This document shows, one piece after another, positions 28,962 to 38,216 of a DNA stretch of 64,000 nucleotides. The position numbers and the translations under genes were made by a program. The notes beneath the pieces are model-generated. The model worked only from the letters and a program-made list of their open reading frames with translations, searched no databases and was not told where the DNA came from. Each line of letters starts with the position of its first letter. Within the stretch, counting starts at the first letter, position 1. This stretch comes from an uncultured Clostridia bacterium (GTDB lineage Bacteria > Bacillota > Clostridia > Christensenellales > CAG-917), in assembly GCA_949286725.1 (NCBI GenBank), contig CASECZ010000001.1, positions 259,204 to 323,203 on the forward strand. The letters run 5' to 3'.

Positions 28962-30314
28962 ATGAAATTCGTGAGTTTTGCAGAACTTCTTTCCCGCAAT
29001 GCCGCCGAGTACGGCGACAAACCCGCGTTCCGTTTCGATAAAGACGGCGTCATCGTCACAAGGACCCACGCGGAATTCATTGACGACATAAACGCGCGCA
29101 AGGCGGAATTCGCGGCGTTGCCCGAAGGCGCAATAGGTCTTTACCGCCAGTACACGTACGATTGGATAAAGGATATGTTCGCGTCCGTGCTTGCGGGCAG
29201 ACAGACGGTGCTCGTCGACCCGTCGGTGGACGGCGCGCCGTTGCAGAAAATCGCAATCTATGCCGATATAACCCATTTCGTGACCGACGAAACGACGGAA
29301 GAAGAAGTCGCTTCCCTGGCGAAAGCGCCCGTCCCCGTTCCCACGGCAGACGGCGAAGGCAAATTGCTCTTCTTCACGTCAGGCACGACGGGAGCGTCCA
29401 AAGCCGTGGTGCTGACGTCCAGGTCGCTGTGCGCAAGCGCGTGGAACGGCAACGACAAACTGACCTGCCGTCCCGACGACAACCTGCTTGCTCTGCTGCC
29501 CTTGTCGCACGTGTTCGGTTTTGTCTGTTCGATGATGTGGCCTCTCTCGCAGGGGGCCTGCATTTCGGTGGGAAGAGGCATGCGCCACCTGCACGAGGAC
29601 TGCAACTACTTCCGTCCGACGATAGTGTCCGTCGTGCCCTCGCTGCTCGCCTTCCTGCTGGCGAAAAAAGCCGTCAACCCCGAACTGCGCGTCATACTCG
29701 TCGGTGCGGGTCCCGTCGACGGCAAGATACTCGCCGCCGCGTCCGCCATGGGGTGCGAAGTGCACTTCGGCTACGGGCTGACGGAAACGTCCAGCGGCGT
29801 CGCCATAAGCACGGGTAAAGACCCCTTTGCCATGACGGTATGCCACGACAGCAAAATCACGCTCGCCGACGACGGCGAAATCCTCATCTACTGCCCCGAA
29901 TGCATGATGCAGGGCTACTACAAACTGCCCGACGCGACAGCCGCCGTGCTCAAAGACGGCGTGCTTTCGACGGGTGACCTCGGCTCCTTCGACGCCGACG
30001 GCAACCTGCACATAACGGGAAGAAAGAAAGATATCCTCGTTCTGCCCAACGGCAACAAGATATACCTGCCCGAATGGGAGGACGAACTGCGCGCCGCACT
30101 CGGCGTGGACGAAGTCGCAATCGCGATGAAAAACGACGTCGTGACCGCAATCGCCGTCGACAAGACGGGCGAAACGGACAAGGACGAACTCAAAACGCGT
30201 CTGGACGGTTTCAACCGCTCCAAAGCCTTCGATATGCAAGTTACCGCGCTAAGCGTGACGCAGACTCCTCTGCCGCGCACGGCGACGGGAAAAATCAAAA
30301 GATGGATGCTGTGA
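28962..30314 (+). CDS. AMP-dependent synthetase/ligase (acyl-AMP / acyl-carrier-protein ligase type)
   Basis: Adenylation core motifs FFTSGTTGASKAV, GYGLTETSS, TGDLGSFDADGNLHITGRKKD and TATGKIKR. 450 aa, followed directly by a carrier protein gene. Confidence 0.85.
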   Translation: MKFVSFAELLSRNAAEYGDKPAFRFDKDGVIVTRTHAEFIDDINARKAEFAALPEGAIGLYRQYTYDWIKDMFASVLAGRQTVLVDPSVDGAPLQKIAIYADITHFVTDETTEEEVASLAKAPVPVPTADGEGKLLFFTSGTTGASKAVVLTSRSLCASAWNGNDKLTCRPDDNLLALLPLSHVFGFVCSMMWPLSQGACISVGRGMRHLHEDCNYFRPTIVSVVPSLLAFLLAKKAVNPELRVILVGAGPVDGKILAAASAMGCEVHFGYGLTETSSGVAISTGKDPFAMTVCHDSKITLADDGEILIYCPECMMQGYYKLPDATAAVLKDGVLSTGDLGSFDADGNLHITGRKKDILVLPNGNKIYLPEWEDELRAALGVDEVAIAMKNDVVTAIAVDKTGETDKDELKTRLDGFNRSKAFDMQVTALSVTQTPLPRTATGKIKRWML

Positions 30315-30321
30315 GGTATTT

Positions 30322-30588
30322 ATGCAAGCCGACAAACAAGAAATCTTCGACAAAGTCGTAGCTCTCGCCAAGCGTTATATGCCCAAAATCGTGGAACAAA
30401 TCGGCGAGATAACTCCCGAAGCCAACATCAACATCGACGGTTTCGAGTCGCTCAATTTCATAATGCTGATATGTGAAATCGAGAACGATTACGGCATTAA
30501 AATTCCCGACAAGGTGTGGAAGAAACTCCGCACCGTAGGCGATGTGGTCGACGCCGTCGCCGAAGCCGTGGAAAAGAAAAAGAAATGA
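30322..30588 (+). CDS. Acyl/peptidyl carrier protein (phosphopantetheine attachment type)
   Basis: 88 aa. DGFESLNFIMLICEIENDYGIKIPD resembles the DSL-helix II carrier motif. Confidence 0.75.
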   Translation: MQADKQEIFDKVVALAKRYMPKIVEQIGEITPEANINIDGFESLNFIMLICEIENDYGIKIPDKVWKKLRTVGDVVDAVAEAVEKKKK

Positions 30589-31322
30589 AAAAAATTCATT
30601 CCTTCACCCGCAAAATCCTCGCCGACGACGTGGATATGTTCCGTTCCATGCGCTATTCGGTTTTTCTGAGATGGTTGCAGGAAGCGTCCATCGCGCATAC
30701 CGAGGCTCTGGGCGCAGGGCGCGACAAGACCCTGGACAAGGGCGCGCTGTGGGTCATCGCGCGGGTAAGCGTCGAAATTCTCCGTATGCCGCAATACGAC
30801 GAGGTCGTCACCTTCCGCACCTGGGCGGGCAAAACGCGCCACGTGCTCTTTCCGCGTTACTACGAAATAATCGACGCCGAAGGCAACGTAGCCGTACGCG
30901 CCTCCGCGGTGTGGCTGCTTATGGACGCAAAGACCCGCAAAATGGCGTTTCCCGACAAGTACGGCGTGCGCATCGCGGACACATCAACGGGGACGGAGCT
31001 TCCTCTTCCCGCAGGGGTACCCACGCAGGACGCACCTCCGGTGTACCGTCACACGGTGCGTTTTCAGGACGTGGACATCAACGGGCATATGAACAACTCG
31101 AAATACATCGACGTCGTGGAGGACGCACTCGGGTTCGACTTTCTGCACGACTTCGAACTGACGCGGTTCGAAATCGATTACGAGGAGGAAATACGCGGCG
31201 GAAAGCGCGTGTCGCTCTTCGGCAAATGCGACGACGGAAAGATATATTTCGAGGGACGTACGGGCAATAAAGTCTGCTTCCGCGTCGGCGCGGAATACAC
31301 TCATCGGGCTGTACTGTATTGA
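30585..31322 (+). CDS. Acyl-ACP thioesterase family protein
   Basis: Double hot-dog layout typical of Acyl-ACP_TE (FSFTRKILADDVD..., VRFQDVDINGHMNNSKY). Its ATG overlaps the carrier protein stop (ATGA). The track N-terminal extension is rejected. Confidence 0.8.
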   Translation: MKKIHSFTRKILADDVDMFRSMRYSVFLRWLQEASIAHTEALGAGRDKTLDKGALWVIARVSVEILRMPQYDEVVTFRTWAGKTRHVLFPRYYEIIDAEGNVAVRASAVWLLMDAKTRKMAFPDKYGVRIADTSTGTELPLPAGVPTQDAPPVYRHTVRFQDVDINGHMNNSKYIDVVEDALGFDFLHDFELTRFEIDYEEEIRGGKRVSLFGKCDDGKIYFEGRTGNKVCFRVGAEYTHRAVLY

Positions 31323-31328
31323 CAAAAG

Positions 31329-31351
31329 ACGGCGTTTATTCGCCGTTTTTT
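31329..31351 (+). terminator. Terminator after the thioesterase gene
   Basis: ACGGCG-TTTATT-CGCCGT followed by TTTTT. Confidence 0.65.
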
Positions 31352-31427
31352 CATATTAAACGCGTTGCTTTGCCGTTCTCGTCGGTCTAACGTTATCCCA
31401 CGGCAAGTGCGGCGCAAGGAGAAAATT

Positions 31428-32669
31428 ATGTGCGACACCGTTTATCTTCGCCGTGACGGCGCAAGTTATTTCGGCAAAAACAGCGACCGCTCCCCCAACG
31501 AAGCGCACATCATGGTGCGTTGCCCCGCGCGCGATTATCCCGCGGGTTCGGTGCTGAAAACAACCTACGTCACCATCCCGCAAGCCGCGCACACAAACGC
31601 CTGCGTTCTGCTCAAACCCCATTGGATCTGGGGTGCGGAAATGGGCTGGAACGAATACGGAGTGCATATCGGCAACGAAGCCCTTTTCACCAACGTCAAA
31701 CGTGAAAAGACGGACGGGCTCATCGGTATGGATTTGTTGCGGCTCGCCCTCGAACGCACCGACAACGCGCTTGCCGCGGCGGAACTCATAATATCTCTCA
31801 TCGCCAAATACGGACAGGACGGCAACTGCGCTTTCGATAAAAAGTTTTTCTATCACAACGCTTTCCTCATTGCCGACGCCGAACGCGCTTTCGTGCTGGA
31901 AACGGCGGGCAGACAATGGGTGCTTGCCGAAGCGGGCGACCTCTGTACCATATCCAACTGCATAAGCGTGACGACCGACTATATCCGCGCAAGCGAAGGC
32001 GTCGCGGGCGATTTCAAAAAGAGGTTTGAAAACAAGCTGTTCACCGCCGTGGCGGGCGCGGAAAACCGCAGACGTCTGACGGCGGAAACGCTTGCCCGAA
32101 ACGGAGAGCCGATTTCCCTCGTATGTTCCGCTCTGCGCCGTCACTCCGCCGACGACGTGACCGTCAACCGCAGTTCCACCGCCAGCCCCTGTATGCATGC
32201 GGGCAACATGTTCGGCGACCAGACCACGGGCAGTTATGCCGCCGAGATAGGCAAAGTGTCCTTCGTCACGGGGTCGTCCTTCCCCTGCCTGTCCGTGTTC
32301 AAACCCCTTTCGGCAAAGGCGGAGGTTTTGCCCGAGGACGAAAAAGAGGCTCTCGCCTACTGGGTGCGACGCGAAATCGTCAATCGCCATATCATGAGCG
32401 GCGCGAAGTTCGCCGTCGACTATCTGTACGCAGGACGACAACTGGAAAACAAGTACGTATCGGCGGCACTGGACGCGAACACGCAGGAAGAAATCGAAGC
32501 CCTGTCGGCAAAGTGTTTCGCCGAAGAAGAGGCGTTGGTGTCCGACTTCCTGTCGCGCGTCAAGGGCAAACCGTTGCGCATAAACGGCGGCATGTATTTC
32601 CGCTCTTTCTGGAAGAAGAAAAACAAGGCGTTTGCCGAGTGTTACGATGTGTCCGAATATCTGGAATGA
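31428..32669 (+). CDS. Secernin-like peptidase C69 / Ntn-hydrolase family protein
   Basis: It starts Met-Cys (MCDTVYL), with FGKNSDRSPNE and WGAEMGWNEYGVHIGNEALF blocks characteristic of secernin/C69 dipeptidases. AAGGAG RBS. Confidence 0.8.
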   Translation: MCDTVYLRRDGASYFGKNSDRSPNEAHIMVRCPARDYPAGSVLKTTYVTIPQAAHTNACVLLKPHWIWGAEMGWNEYGVHIGNEALFTNVKREKTDGLIGMDLLRLALERTDNALAAAELIISLIAKYGQDGNCAFDKKFFYHNAFLIADAERAFVLETAGRQWVLAEAGDLCTISNCISVTTDYIRASEGVAGDFKKRFENKLFTAVAGAENRRRLTAETLARNGEPISLVCSALRRHSADDVTVNRSSTASPCMHAGNMFGDQTTGSYAAEIGKVSFVTGSSFPCLSVFKPLSAKAEVLPEDEKEALAYWVRREIVNRHIMSGAKFAVDYLYAGRQLENKYVSAALDANTQEEIEALSAKCFAEEEALVSDFLSRVKGKPLRINGGMYFRSFWKKKNKAFAECYDVSEYLE

Positions 32670-33729
32670 CATTCTGATTGCTCCCGACAAGTTCAAAGGC
32701 TCGCTGACGGCGAGCGAGTTTTGCGCTGTCGCGAAAAAGGTCTTTGCCGAGTTGTGCCCCGAAGCGCGCACCGTATGTCTGCCTCTTGCCGACGGCGGCG
32801 AAGGCAGTCTGGACTGTTTCGTGACGGCGACGGGCGCGACCGTCGTGGACGGCGATTTCACGGGACCGGACGGCGACCCCGTCCGCGCCTCCTTCGCAAT
32901 CCACGGGAATACGGCGTTCATAGAAATGTCGGCGACTGCGGGTCTGGCGCTCACGCGCATACGCAATCCTCTTTATACGACGACGTACGGCGTCGGCGAA
33001 CAGGTGGCGCAAGCCGTTCACGCTGGCGCAACCGAAATCGTGCTGGCAATCGGCGGCAGCGCGACCAACGACGCGGGGTGCGGAATGGCGGCCGCGCTCG
33101 GCTGGCGTTTTGTCGACAAGGACGGCAACTCTTTCGTGCCGACGGGCGGCACTCTTGACAGAATCGCGGAGATGTTCCCGCCCGAAAAAGCCCCGACATT
33201 TTCCGTCGTCACTCTTTGCGACGTGGAGAATCCCCTTTTCGGACCCGACGGCGCGGCGTACGTGTACGCCCCGCAAAAAGGAGCAAGTCCCGACGACGTG
33301 CGCATACTGGACAAAAATCTAGTCGCCTTCAACGCGCTTTGCGCCGCACACGGCAAGGATCTTTCCGCCGTCAAAGGCGGAGGTGCGGCAGGCGGACTCG
33401 GCGCGGGAACGGTGTTCTTTCTCGGCGCGTCCTTGCAGGCGGGTGCGGAAACCTTCTTCCGCCTGACGGACGCCTACGACAAAATCGCAGCCGCCGACCT
33501 CGTTGTAACGGGCGAAGGCAAAATCGACGCACAAACTCTGCAAGGCAAGACCGTGGGCACGCTGTACGCCGCGGCACACGGAAAACCTTTCGTCGCGTTC
33601 TGCGGCAAACGCGAGGGCGAGGTGCCCTTCGAATGCATCGAGATAAACGACCCCGCGCTTTCTCTCGACGAAAATATGAAACTCACTTCCGCGCACTTGA
33701 AAAAGGCGATTGCGGAGCGTTTTTCCTGA
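32647..33729 (+). CDS. glxK: Glycerate kinase
   Basis: ILIAPDKFKGSLTA and LADGGEGSLD motifs. The start is the ATG at 32647 (or the TTG at 32632). It overlaps the upstream gene end. Confidence 0.9.
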   Translation: MCPNIWNDILIAPDKFKGSLTASEFCAVAKKVFAELCPEARTVCLPLADGGEGSLDCFVTATGATVVDGDFTGPDGDPVRASFAIHGNTAFIEMSATAGLALTRIRNPLYTTTYGVGEQVAQAVHAGATEIVLAIGGSATNDAGCGMAAALGWRFVDKDGNSFVPTGGTLDRIAEMFPPEKAPTFSVVTLCDVENPLFGPDGAAYVYAPQKGASPDDVRILDKNLVAFNALCAAHGKDLSAVKGGGAAGGLGAGTVFFLGASLQAGAETFFRLTDAYDKIAAADLVVTGEGKIDAQTLQGKTVGTLYAAAHGKPFVAFCGKREGEVPFECIEINDPALSLDENMKLTSAHLKKAIAERFS

Positions 33730-33830
33730 CATTCTGACCTGCTTTCACATTCCGTTTGCTTTCGCGACCCCGACTTTCCCGATATTTTGGGTATTGAACA
33801 CGGGGTCGGTTTATGTTACACTTGTATCAA

Positions 33831-33945
33831 GATTCGGAAATCTTTTCATCCGAATCCTCCGAGCCGAACGACCTAAGGCGCAAGCTACGGTTATTCGGAC
33901 GGGGTCGCCTTGGAAACGGGACGGCCTCCCATTGCGAAAAGGAGA
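33831..33945 (+). promoter_or_regulatory. Moco/Wco-type riboswitch (moaA RNA motif) controlling tupABC
   Basis: The conserved blocks are CCUCCGAGCC (33856-33865), GGAAACGG (33912-19) and GCCUCCC (33924-30), placed just before the AAAGGAG RBS. A GATTCGGA/TCCGAATC basal stem lies at 33831-33856. The position upstream of a tungstate transporter fits. Confidence 0.75.
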
Positions 33946-33950
33946 AAATT

Positions 33951-34925
33951 ATGAAAAAACCGAGCAAACTGTTTACGGTCTTGCTGGTGTTGGCTATGCT
34001 TTGCAGCCTCACCGTCGCACTCGTTGCTTGCAACGAAACCCCGTCTTCCGATTCTTCCTCTGAAAAAATCGTAAGAATTTCGACCACAACCTCTGTCAAC
34101 GACAGCGGTCTTATGGCGTATTTGCAACCTTATTTCAAAGCGGACACGGGTTATGACTGGGAAATCGCTTCCGCGGGAACCGGGGCGGCAATCGAGTCCG
34201 CCAAATACGGCAATGCCGACGTGATTCTCGTGCACTCGAAGTCCTCGGAAGTCAAATTCGTGGAGGCGGGATTCGCTCGCAAGGTCGACGGATACGCCGA
34301 AGAACGCATTTCCTTCATGTACAACTATTTCGTGCTTGTCGGTCCGACTGCCGACCCTGCCGGCGTCAAAGCCCTTGCGACTCCCGGCGGTGACGTCAAA
34401 ATCGGTTTCAAAGCCATTTCCGACACTCAAAGCACGTTTATCTCCCGCGGCGACCAGTCCGGCACCCACAACGCGGAAGTCAAACTCTGGGATTCTTCTC
34501 TCGGTATAACCAACGACAAAACTTGCGCGAAACATGAATGGTACGTTTCCGCAGGTCTAGGAATGGGCGCTTGCCTCACCATGGCAAACGAACAGAACGC
34601 GTACGTCCTCACCGACAAGGCGACTTTCCTCTCCTACAAGAAGAACGCCGACGGCGACAAACTGCCCAATCTCGAAATTCTGTGGGAAGAATCTCCCGCG
34701 ATGCAGAACACATATACAATGATAGCAGTCAATGCCGACGCACCTTTTGTCGATTCCGTCAACGGCGAAGCTTTGCCCGCAGGCTCCGTCAAAATAGACA
34801 CGCAAGCGGCAAACGTCTTTATCAACTGGATGAACAGCGTACACGCCCGCTACCTTATCGAACAGTACGGCAACAAAGAGTACGGCGAGCAGCTCTTCTT
34901 CTTGCAAGATCTCAATCTCGCATAA
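33951..34925 (+). CDS. tupA: Tungstate ABC transporter substrate-binding lipoprotein (TupA type)
   Basis: Lipoprotein signal LVACN, then VRISTTTSVNDSGL containing the TTTS motif I associate with TupA. PBP fold length. The track N-terminal extension is rejected. Confidence 0.8.
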   Translation: MKKPSKLFTVLLVLAMLCSLTVALVACNETPSSDSSSEKIVRISTTTSVNDSGLMAYLQPYFKADTGYDWEIASAGTGAAIESAKYGNADVILVHSKSSEVKFVEAGFARKVDGYAEERISFMYNYFVLVGPTADPAGVKALATPGGDVKIGFKAISDTQSTFISRGDQSGTHNAEVKLWDSSLGITNDKTCAKHEWYVSAGLGMGACLTMANEQNAYVLTDKATFLSYKKNADGDKLPNLEILWEESPAMQNTYTMIAVNADAPFVDSVNGEALPAGSVKIDTQAANVFINWMNSVHARYLIEQYGNKEYGEQLFFLQDLNLA

Positions 34926-34927
34926 AA

Positions 34928-35623
34928 GTGGCAGAAGCATTCTCAAAAGCATTCGAGTTGATGTCGTCGCACGATCCCATGCTGAGCGGGATCATAACGA
35001 CGACCCTCGAAATGGCATTCACGAGCTCGATTATTGCCCTCGCATTGGGGGTAATAGTCGGGCTTTTGGTAGCTTCCAACGATTTTGCAGGCAAAAAAAT
35101 CGTCGTCATGATACTGCGCACGCTGATGGGATTGCCCCCCGTAGTCGTCGGTATCGTCGTGTTTATACTTTTTTCGGGCACGGGACCTTTCGGCAAACTC
35201 GGACTTATCTACTCCGTAGAACTGATGATCATCGCGCAAATCGTTCTCATCACGCCCATCGTCGCGGGAATGACGGAAACGTCGATGACGCCCATCGTAG
35301 ACAGAATGCGTCCCACGGTGAAAGGATTGAGGCTCAATCCCGTAAAGACGTTTGCCCTCACCGTCACGGAAGGCAAATATCAACTCATCGCGGTTTATCT
35401 GTTTGCGTTTGCCCGCGCCATTTCCGAAGTCGGAGCGATTCAGATCGTCGGCGGCAACATCCTCTACAAAACCCGCACCATGACCACGGCAATAGCCCTG
35501 AACTACAATACGGGCGACTTCTCGATGGCTGTCGCACTCGGAATCATACTCCTGCTTATGGCACTGGGGGTAAACCTGATTGCGGCACTTCTGCAAATGC
35601 GACTGAAAAAAAGATATGATTGA
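34928..35623 (+). CDS. tupB: Tungstate ABC transporter permease
   Basis: Multi-TM protein with an EAA-like loop (AFARAISEVGAIQIVGGN). The start is uncertain: GTG at 34928 or ATG at 34961, and neither has a clear RBS. Confidence 0.75.
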   Translation: MAEAFSKAFELMSSHDPMLSGIITTTLEMAFTSSIIALALGVIVGLLVASNDFAGKKIVVMILRTLMGLPPVVVGIVVFILFSGTGPFGKLGLIYSVELMIIAQIVLITPIVAGMTETSMTPIVDRMRPTVKGLRLNPVKTFALTVTEGKYQLIAVYLFAFARAISEVGAIQIVGGNILYKTRTMTTAIALNYNTGDFSMAVALGIILLLMALGVNLIAALLQMRLKKRYD

Positions 35624-36290
35624 AATCTCCGCAAGCAAAACCTACGGCGACCGCAAGGTGCTTGACGTCGAAAGGCTGGCACTTGAACCTGCCACGGTTT
35701 ATGCCGTCATCGGAAGCAACGGAAGCGGAAAATCCACACTGTTGCAAATTCTGGCGGGCACGCTCAGATTCGACGGCAAAATCAACTTCGGAAATATACG
35801 CAGAGATGAAACGGGATATATGCCCCAAAAAAGTTTTGCCTTCGATATGTCCGTAATACGCAACCTGACGCTGACGCATATGGCGAAAGAACGCGGCCTC
35901 TACCGAAGAAAAGCTCTGCGCCTGCTTGAAGAACTCGACCTGATTCACCTCAAACGCAAAAACGCCGCCCGACTGTCAGGCGGCGAAACGCAAAGGCTGG
36001 CTCTTGCAAGACTCATGATGACACAATACCGTCTTCTGTTGCTGGACGAACCTACCGCGTCAATGGACATAAATTCGACCGTTCTTTGCGAAAAGGTGCT
36101 GAAAAACTATTGCGAAAAATGGTCTCCGACGGTGGTTATAGCAACGCACTCTATGCAGCAGGCACGGAGAATTGCCGACTACGTCGTCTTTATGGACAAC
36201 GGCGTACCCTGCGAAATCAACACGCCGGAAGAAATTTTCTCAAATCCCCGCAGTGAAAGAACAAAGGAATTCCTGCGTTTCAATTCCTGA
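35616..36290 (+). CDS. tupC: Tungstate ABC transporter ATPase
   Basis: Walker A GSNGSGKST, LSGGETQR, LLLDEPT. It overlaps the tupB stop. Confidence 0.8.
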   Translation: MIEISASKTYGDRKVLDVERLALEPATVYAVIGSNGSGKSTLLQILAGTLRFDGKINFGNIRRDETGYMPQKSFAFDMSVIRNLTLTHMAKERGLYRRKALRLLEELDLIHLKRKNAARLSGGETQRLALARLMMTQYRLLLLDEPTASMDINSTVLCEKVLKNYCEKWSPTVVIATHSMQQARRIADYVVFMDNGVPCEINTPEEIFSNPRSERTKEFLRFNS

Positions 36291-36384
36291 TTCGGGCAGT
36301 CTGCCGATTTCGACGTTCGCAGATTTTTGTTTTCACCGCTTCCGGATACGAAAAAGCAGCGGTTCGTTTTCGTGCCGCGCGCAG

Positions 36385-36837
36385 TCAGGGCAACACGGCG
36401 ATTTCGTCGCCGGGGTAAATTCTGCCCTCTTCGACGACGGTGGCGAAAATGCCTTCGCGCGGCATTGCGCACACGCCGTATTTCCGTGCGATTTCGCACC
36501 CCTGGTCGGCGTGGCATTTCTTGCCTATCTGGCTGACTTCCAGCACCGCCCCGCCTATCTTCAATCTCGTGCCGACGGGCAATTCGTAAAGGCATATGCC
36601 CTGCGTGGTTATGTTCTCGGCGAACTTGCCCTCGCAAAGTCCCACGACGTCGCGTTTGCCCTCTTTGAAGCGTTCGATGCTCTCCTTGGAAAGCAGGCTT
36701 ATCTGCCGAATTCCAGGGCCGCCGTGCGCGTCGCCCTTTATGCCGAAATCCTTCACGCAATCGACATACTCGACGGGGTGTTTGCTCGTTCCCTTAATCT
36801 CGCTTATGTTCACCGCAACGACTCTGGCTTCACTCAT
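36385..36837 (-). CDS. MOSC domain protein
   Basis: 150 aa. GIKGDAHGG...RQISLL...ENITTQG pattern of the MOSC beta-barrel. It is the last gene of the Moco operon. Confidence 0.8.
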   Translation of the reverse strand: MSEARVVAVNISEIKGTSKHPVEYVDCVKDFGIKGDAHGGPGIRQISLLSKESIERFKEGKRDVVGLCEGKFAENITTQGICLYELPVGTRLKIGGAVLEVSQIGKKCHADQGCEIARKYGVCAMPREGIFATVVEEGRIYPGDEIAVLP

Positions 36838-37294
36838 AACTCACGTCTCCGCTCTTGCCGCCGCTCTTTCTGAGCAAGCGGATGTTTCCTATAATCATAG
36901 TTTTATCTGCCGATTTGACCATATCATATACCGTTAGCGCGCAGACCGACACCGCGGTCAACGCTTCCATTTCCACGCCCGTAACGCCCGTGCACCTGAC
37001 CTCGGCGGTGATGATAAGTTCGTCCTCGCCGAATCCGAAACGGATTTCCGCGCCGCTCAGAGGCAGACTATGGCACATAGGAATGAGCTCCCACGTGCGT
37101 TTTGCCGCGGCTATTCCCGCCACAAGCGCGGTGTTGAGAACCTCGCCTTTTCTGCCCGTGCCTTCACGGACGAGAACGAGCGTTTCGGGTTTCATTCTGA
37201 CGCGGCCTTCGGCGACGGCGACGCGGTGCGTCGGCGTCTTGTCCGATACGTCCACCATTCTGGCGCGACCGTCCGCGCCGATGTGACTCAACAT
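36830..37294 (-). CDS. moaC: Cyclic pyranopterin monophosphate synthase MoaC
   Basis: [18 protein letters not shown] and IPMCHSLPL motifs. Confidence 0.9.
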   Translation of the reverse strand: MLSHIGADGRARMVDVSDKTPTHRVAVAEGRVRMKPETLVLVREGTGRKGEVLNTALVAGIAAAKRTWELIPMCHSLPLSGAEIRFGFGEDELIITAEVRCTGVTGVEMEALTAVSVCALTVYDMVKSADKTMIIGNIRLLRKSGGKSGDVSYE

Positions 37295-37295
37295 A

Positions 37296-38216
37296 TCAAC
37301 CTCCTATGCTCCCCATATCCTCGCTTTGCAGTTCCCCTTCTTCGATAAGGTGGGAACGGGGCTTTGCCTTTATGCACTCCGCAAGAAACGCCGAAAGTTT
37401 TTCCTCGTCGCCGAGATACGGGCGCACGTCGAAACGCAACCCCGAATGCAGACAGGGAAGCACCATACCCGTGCCCGTAAGTCTCATTCGCTCGCAGTAG
37501 TCGCAGAACTTGTTGCCGAGAGGCGAAATGAAACCGACGGTGTGTCCGTCGAAGGTGTAGTATTCCGCCACTCCCTCGCCGAACAGGCGTTTCATTCCGT
37601 ATTTTTCGATTATGTCCGAGGACGGCAGGAACCTGTCGGAGAAATATCCCGTAGTGGAACGGAACGGCATAAGTTCGATGAAGCGCAGTTGCGCGCCGAC
37701 GTCCTCGGCAAATTCCAGAAGCGGCATTATGTCCTCGTTGACGCCCTTTTGCAAAACGGCGTTGACGCGCAGGGAAAAGCCCTCTTCCTCCGCCGCGCGT
37801 ATTCCTTCCAGTGCGTCGGCGATGTCGCCCTTCGTGACGTCGCGGTACACGTCTGCGTCCACGGTGTCGAGACTGACGTTTATGCGGGCAAGTCCCGCCG
37901 CTTTCAAGGGCTTGGCAAACTCTTTGAGCCGCGTGGCGTTGGTCGTCATAACGGTCTGGCAACCGAGTGCCGCAACCTGCTCGACAAACGCGACGACGCC
38001 GTGCCGCAACAGAGGTTCTCCGCCCGTCACCCGCACCTTGTCGACGCCCAGCCCGCGAAACGCGCGCACCACCTCGACGAGCTGTTCTATGCTCAGCATA
38101 TCTTCGTGTCGAAGCTGTTTTACGGGGCGCGGCTTGCAGTAAACGCAGGCAAGATTGCACTTGTCCGTGACCGAAACGCGAAGATAGCGGATTTCTCTGC
38201 CGTAACCGTCTAGCAT
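37296..38216 (-). CDS. moaA: GTP 3',8-cyclase MoaA (radical SAM)
   Basis: [17 protein letters not shown] radical-SAM cluster motif and a C-terminal second cluster region ([13 protein letters not shown]). Confidence 0.9.
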   Translation of the reverse strand: MLDGYGREIRYLRVSVTDKCNLACVYCKPRPVKQLRHEDMLSIEQLVEVVRAFRGLGVDKVRVTGGEPLLRHGVVAFVEQVAALGCQTVMTTNATRLKEFAKPLKAAGLARINVSLDTVDADVYRDVTKGDIADALEGIRAAEEEGFSLRVNAVLQKGVNEDIMPLLEFAEDVGAQLRFIELMPFRSTTGYFSDRFLPSSDIIEKYGMKRLFGEGVAEYYTFDGHTVGFISPLGNKFCDYCERMRLTGTGMVLPCLHSGLRFDVRPYLGDEEKLSAFLAECIKAKPRSHLIEEGELQSEDMGSIGG

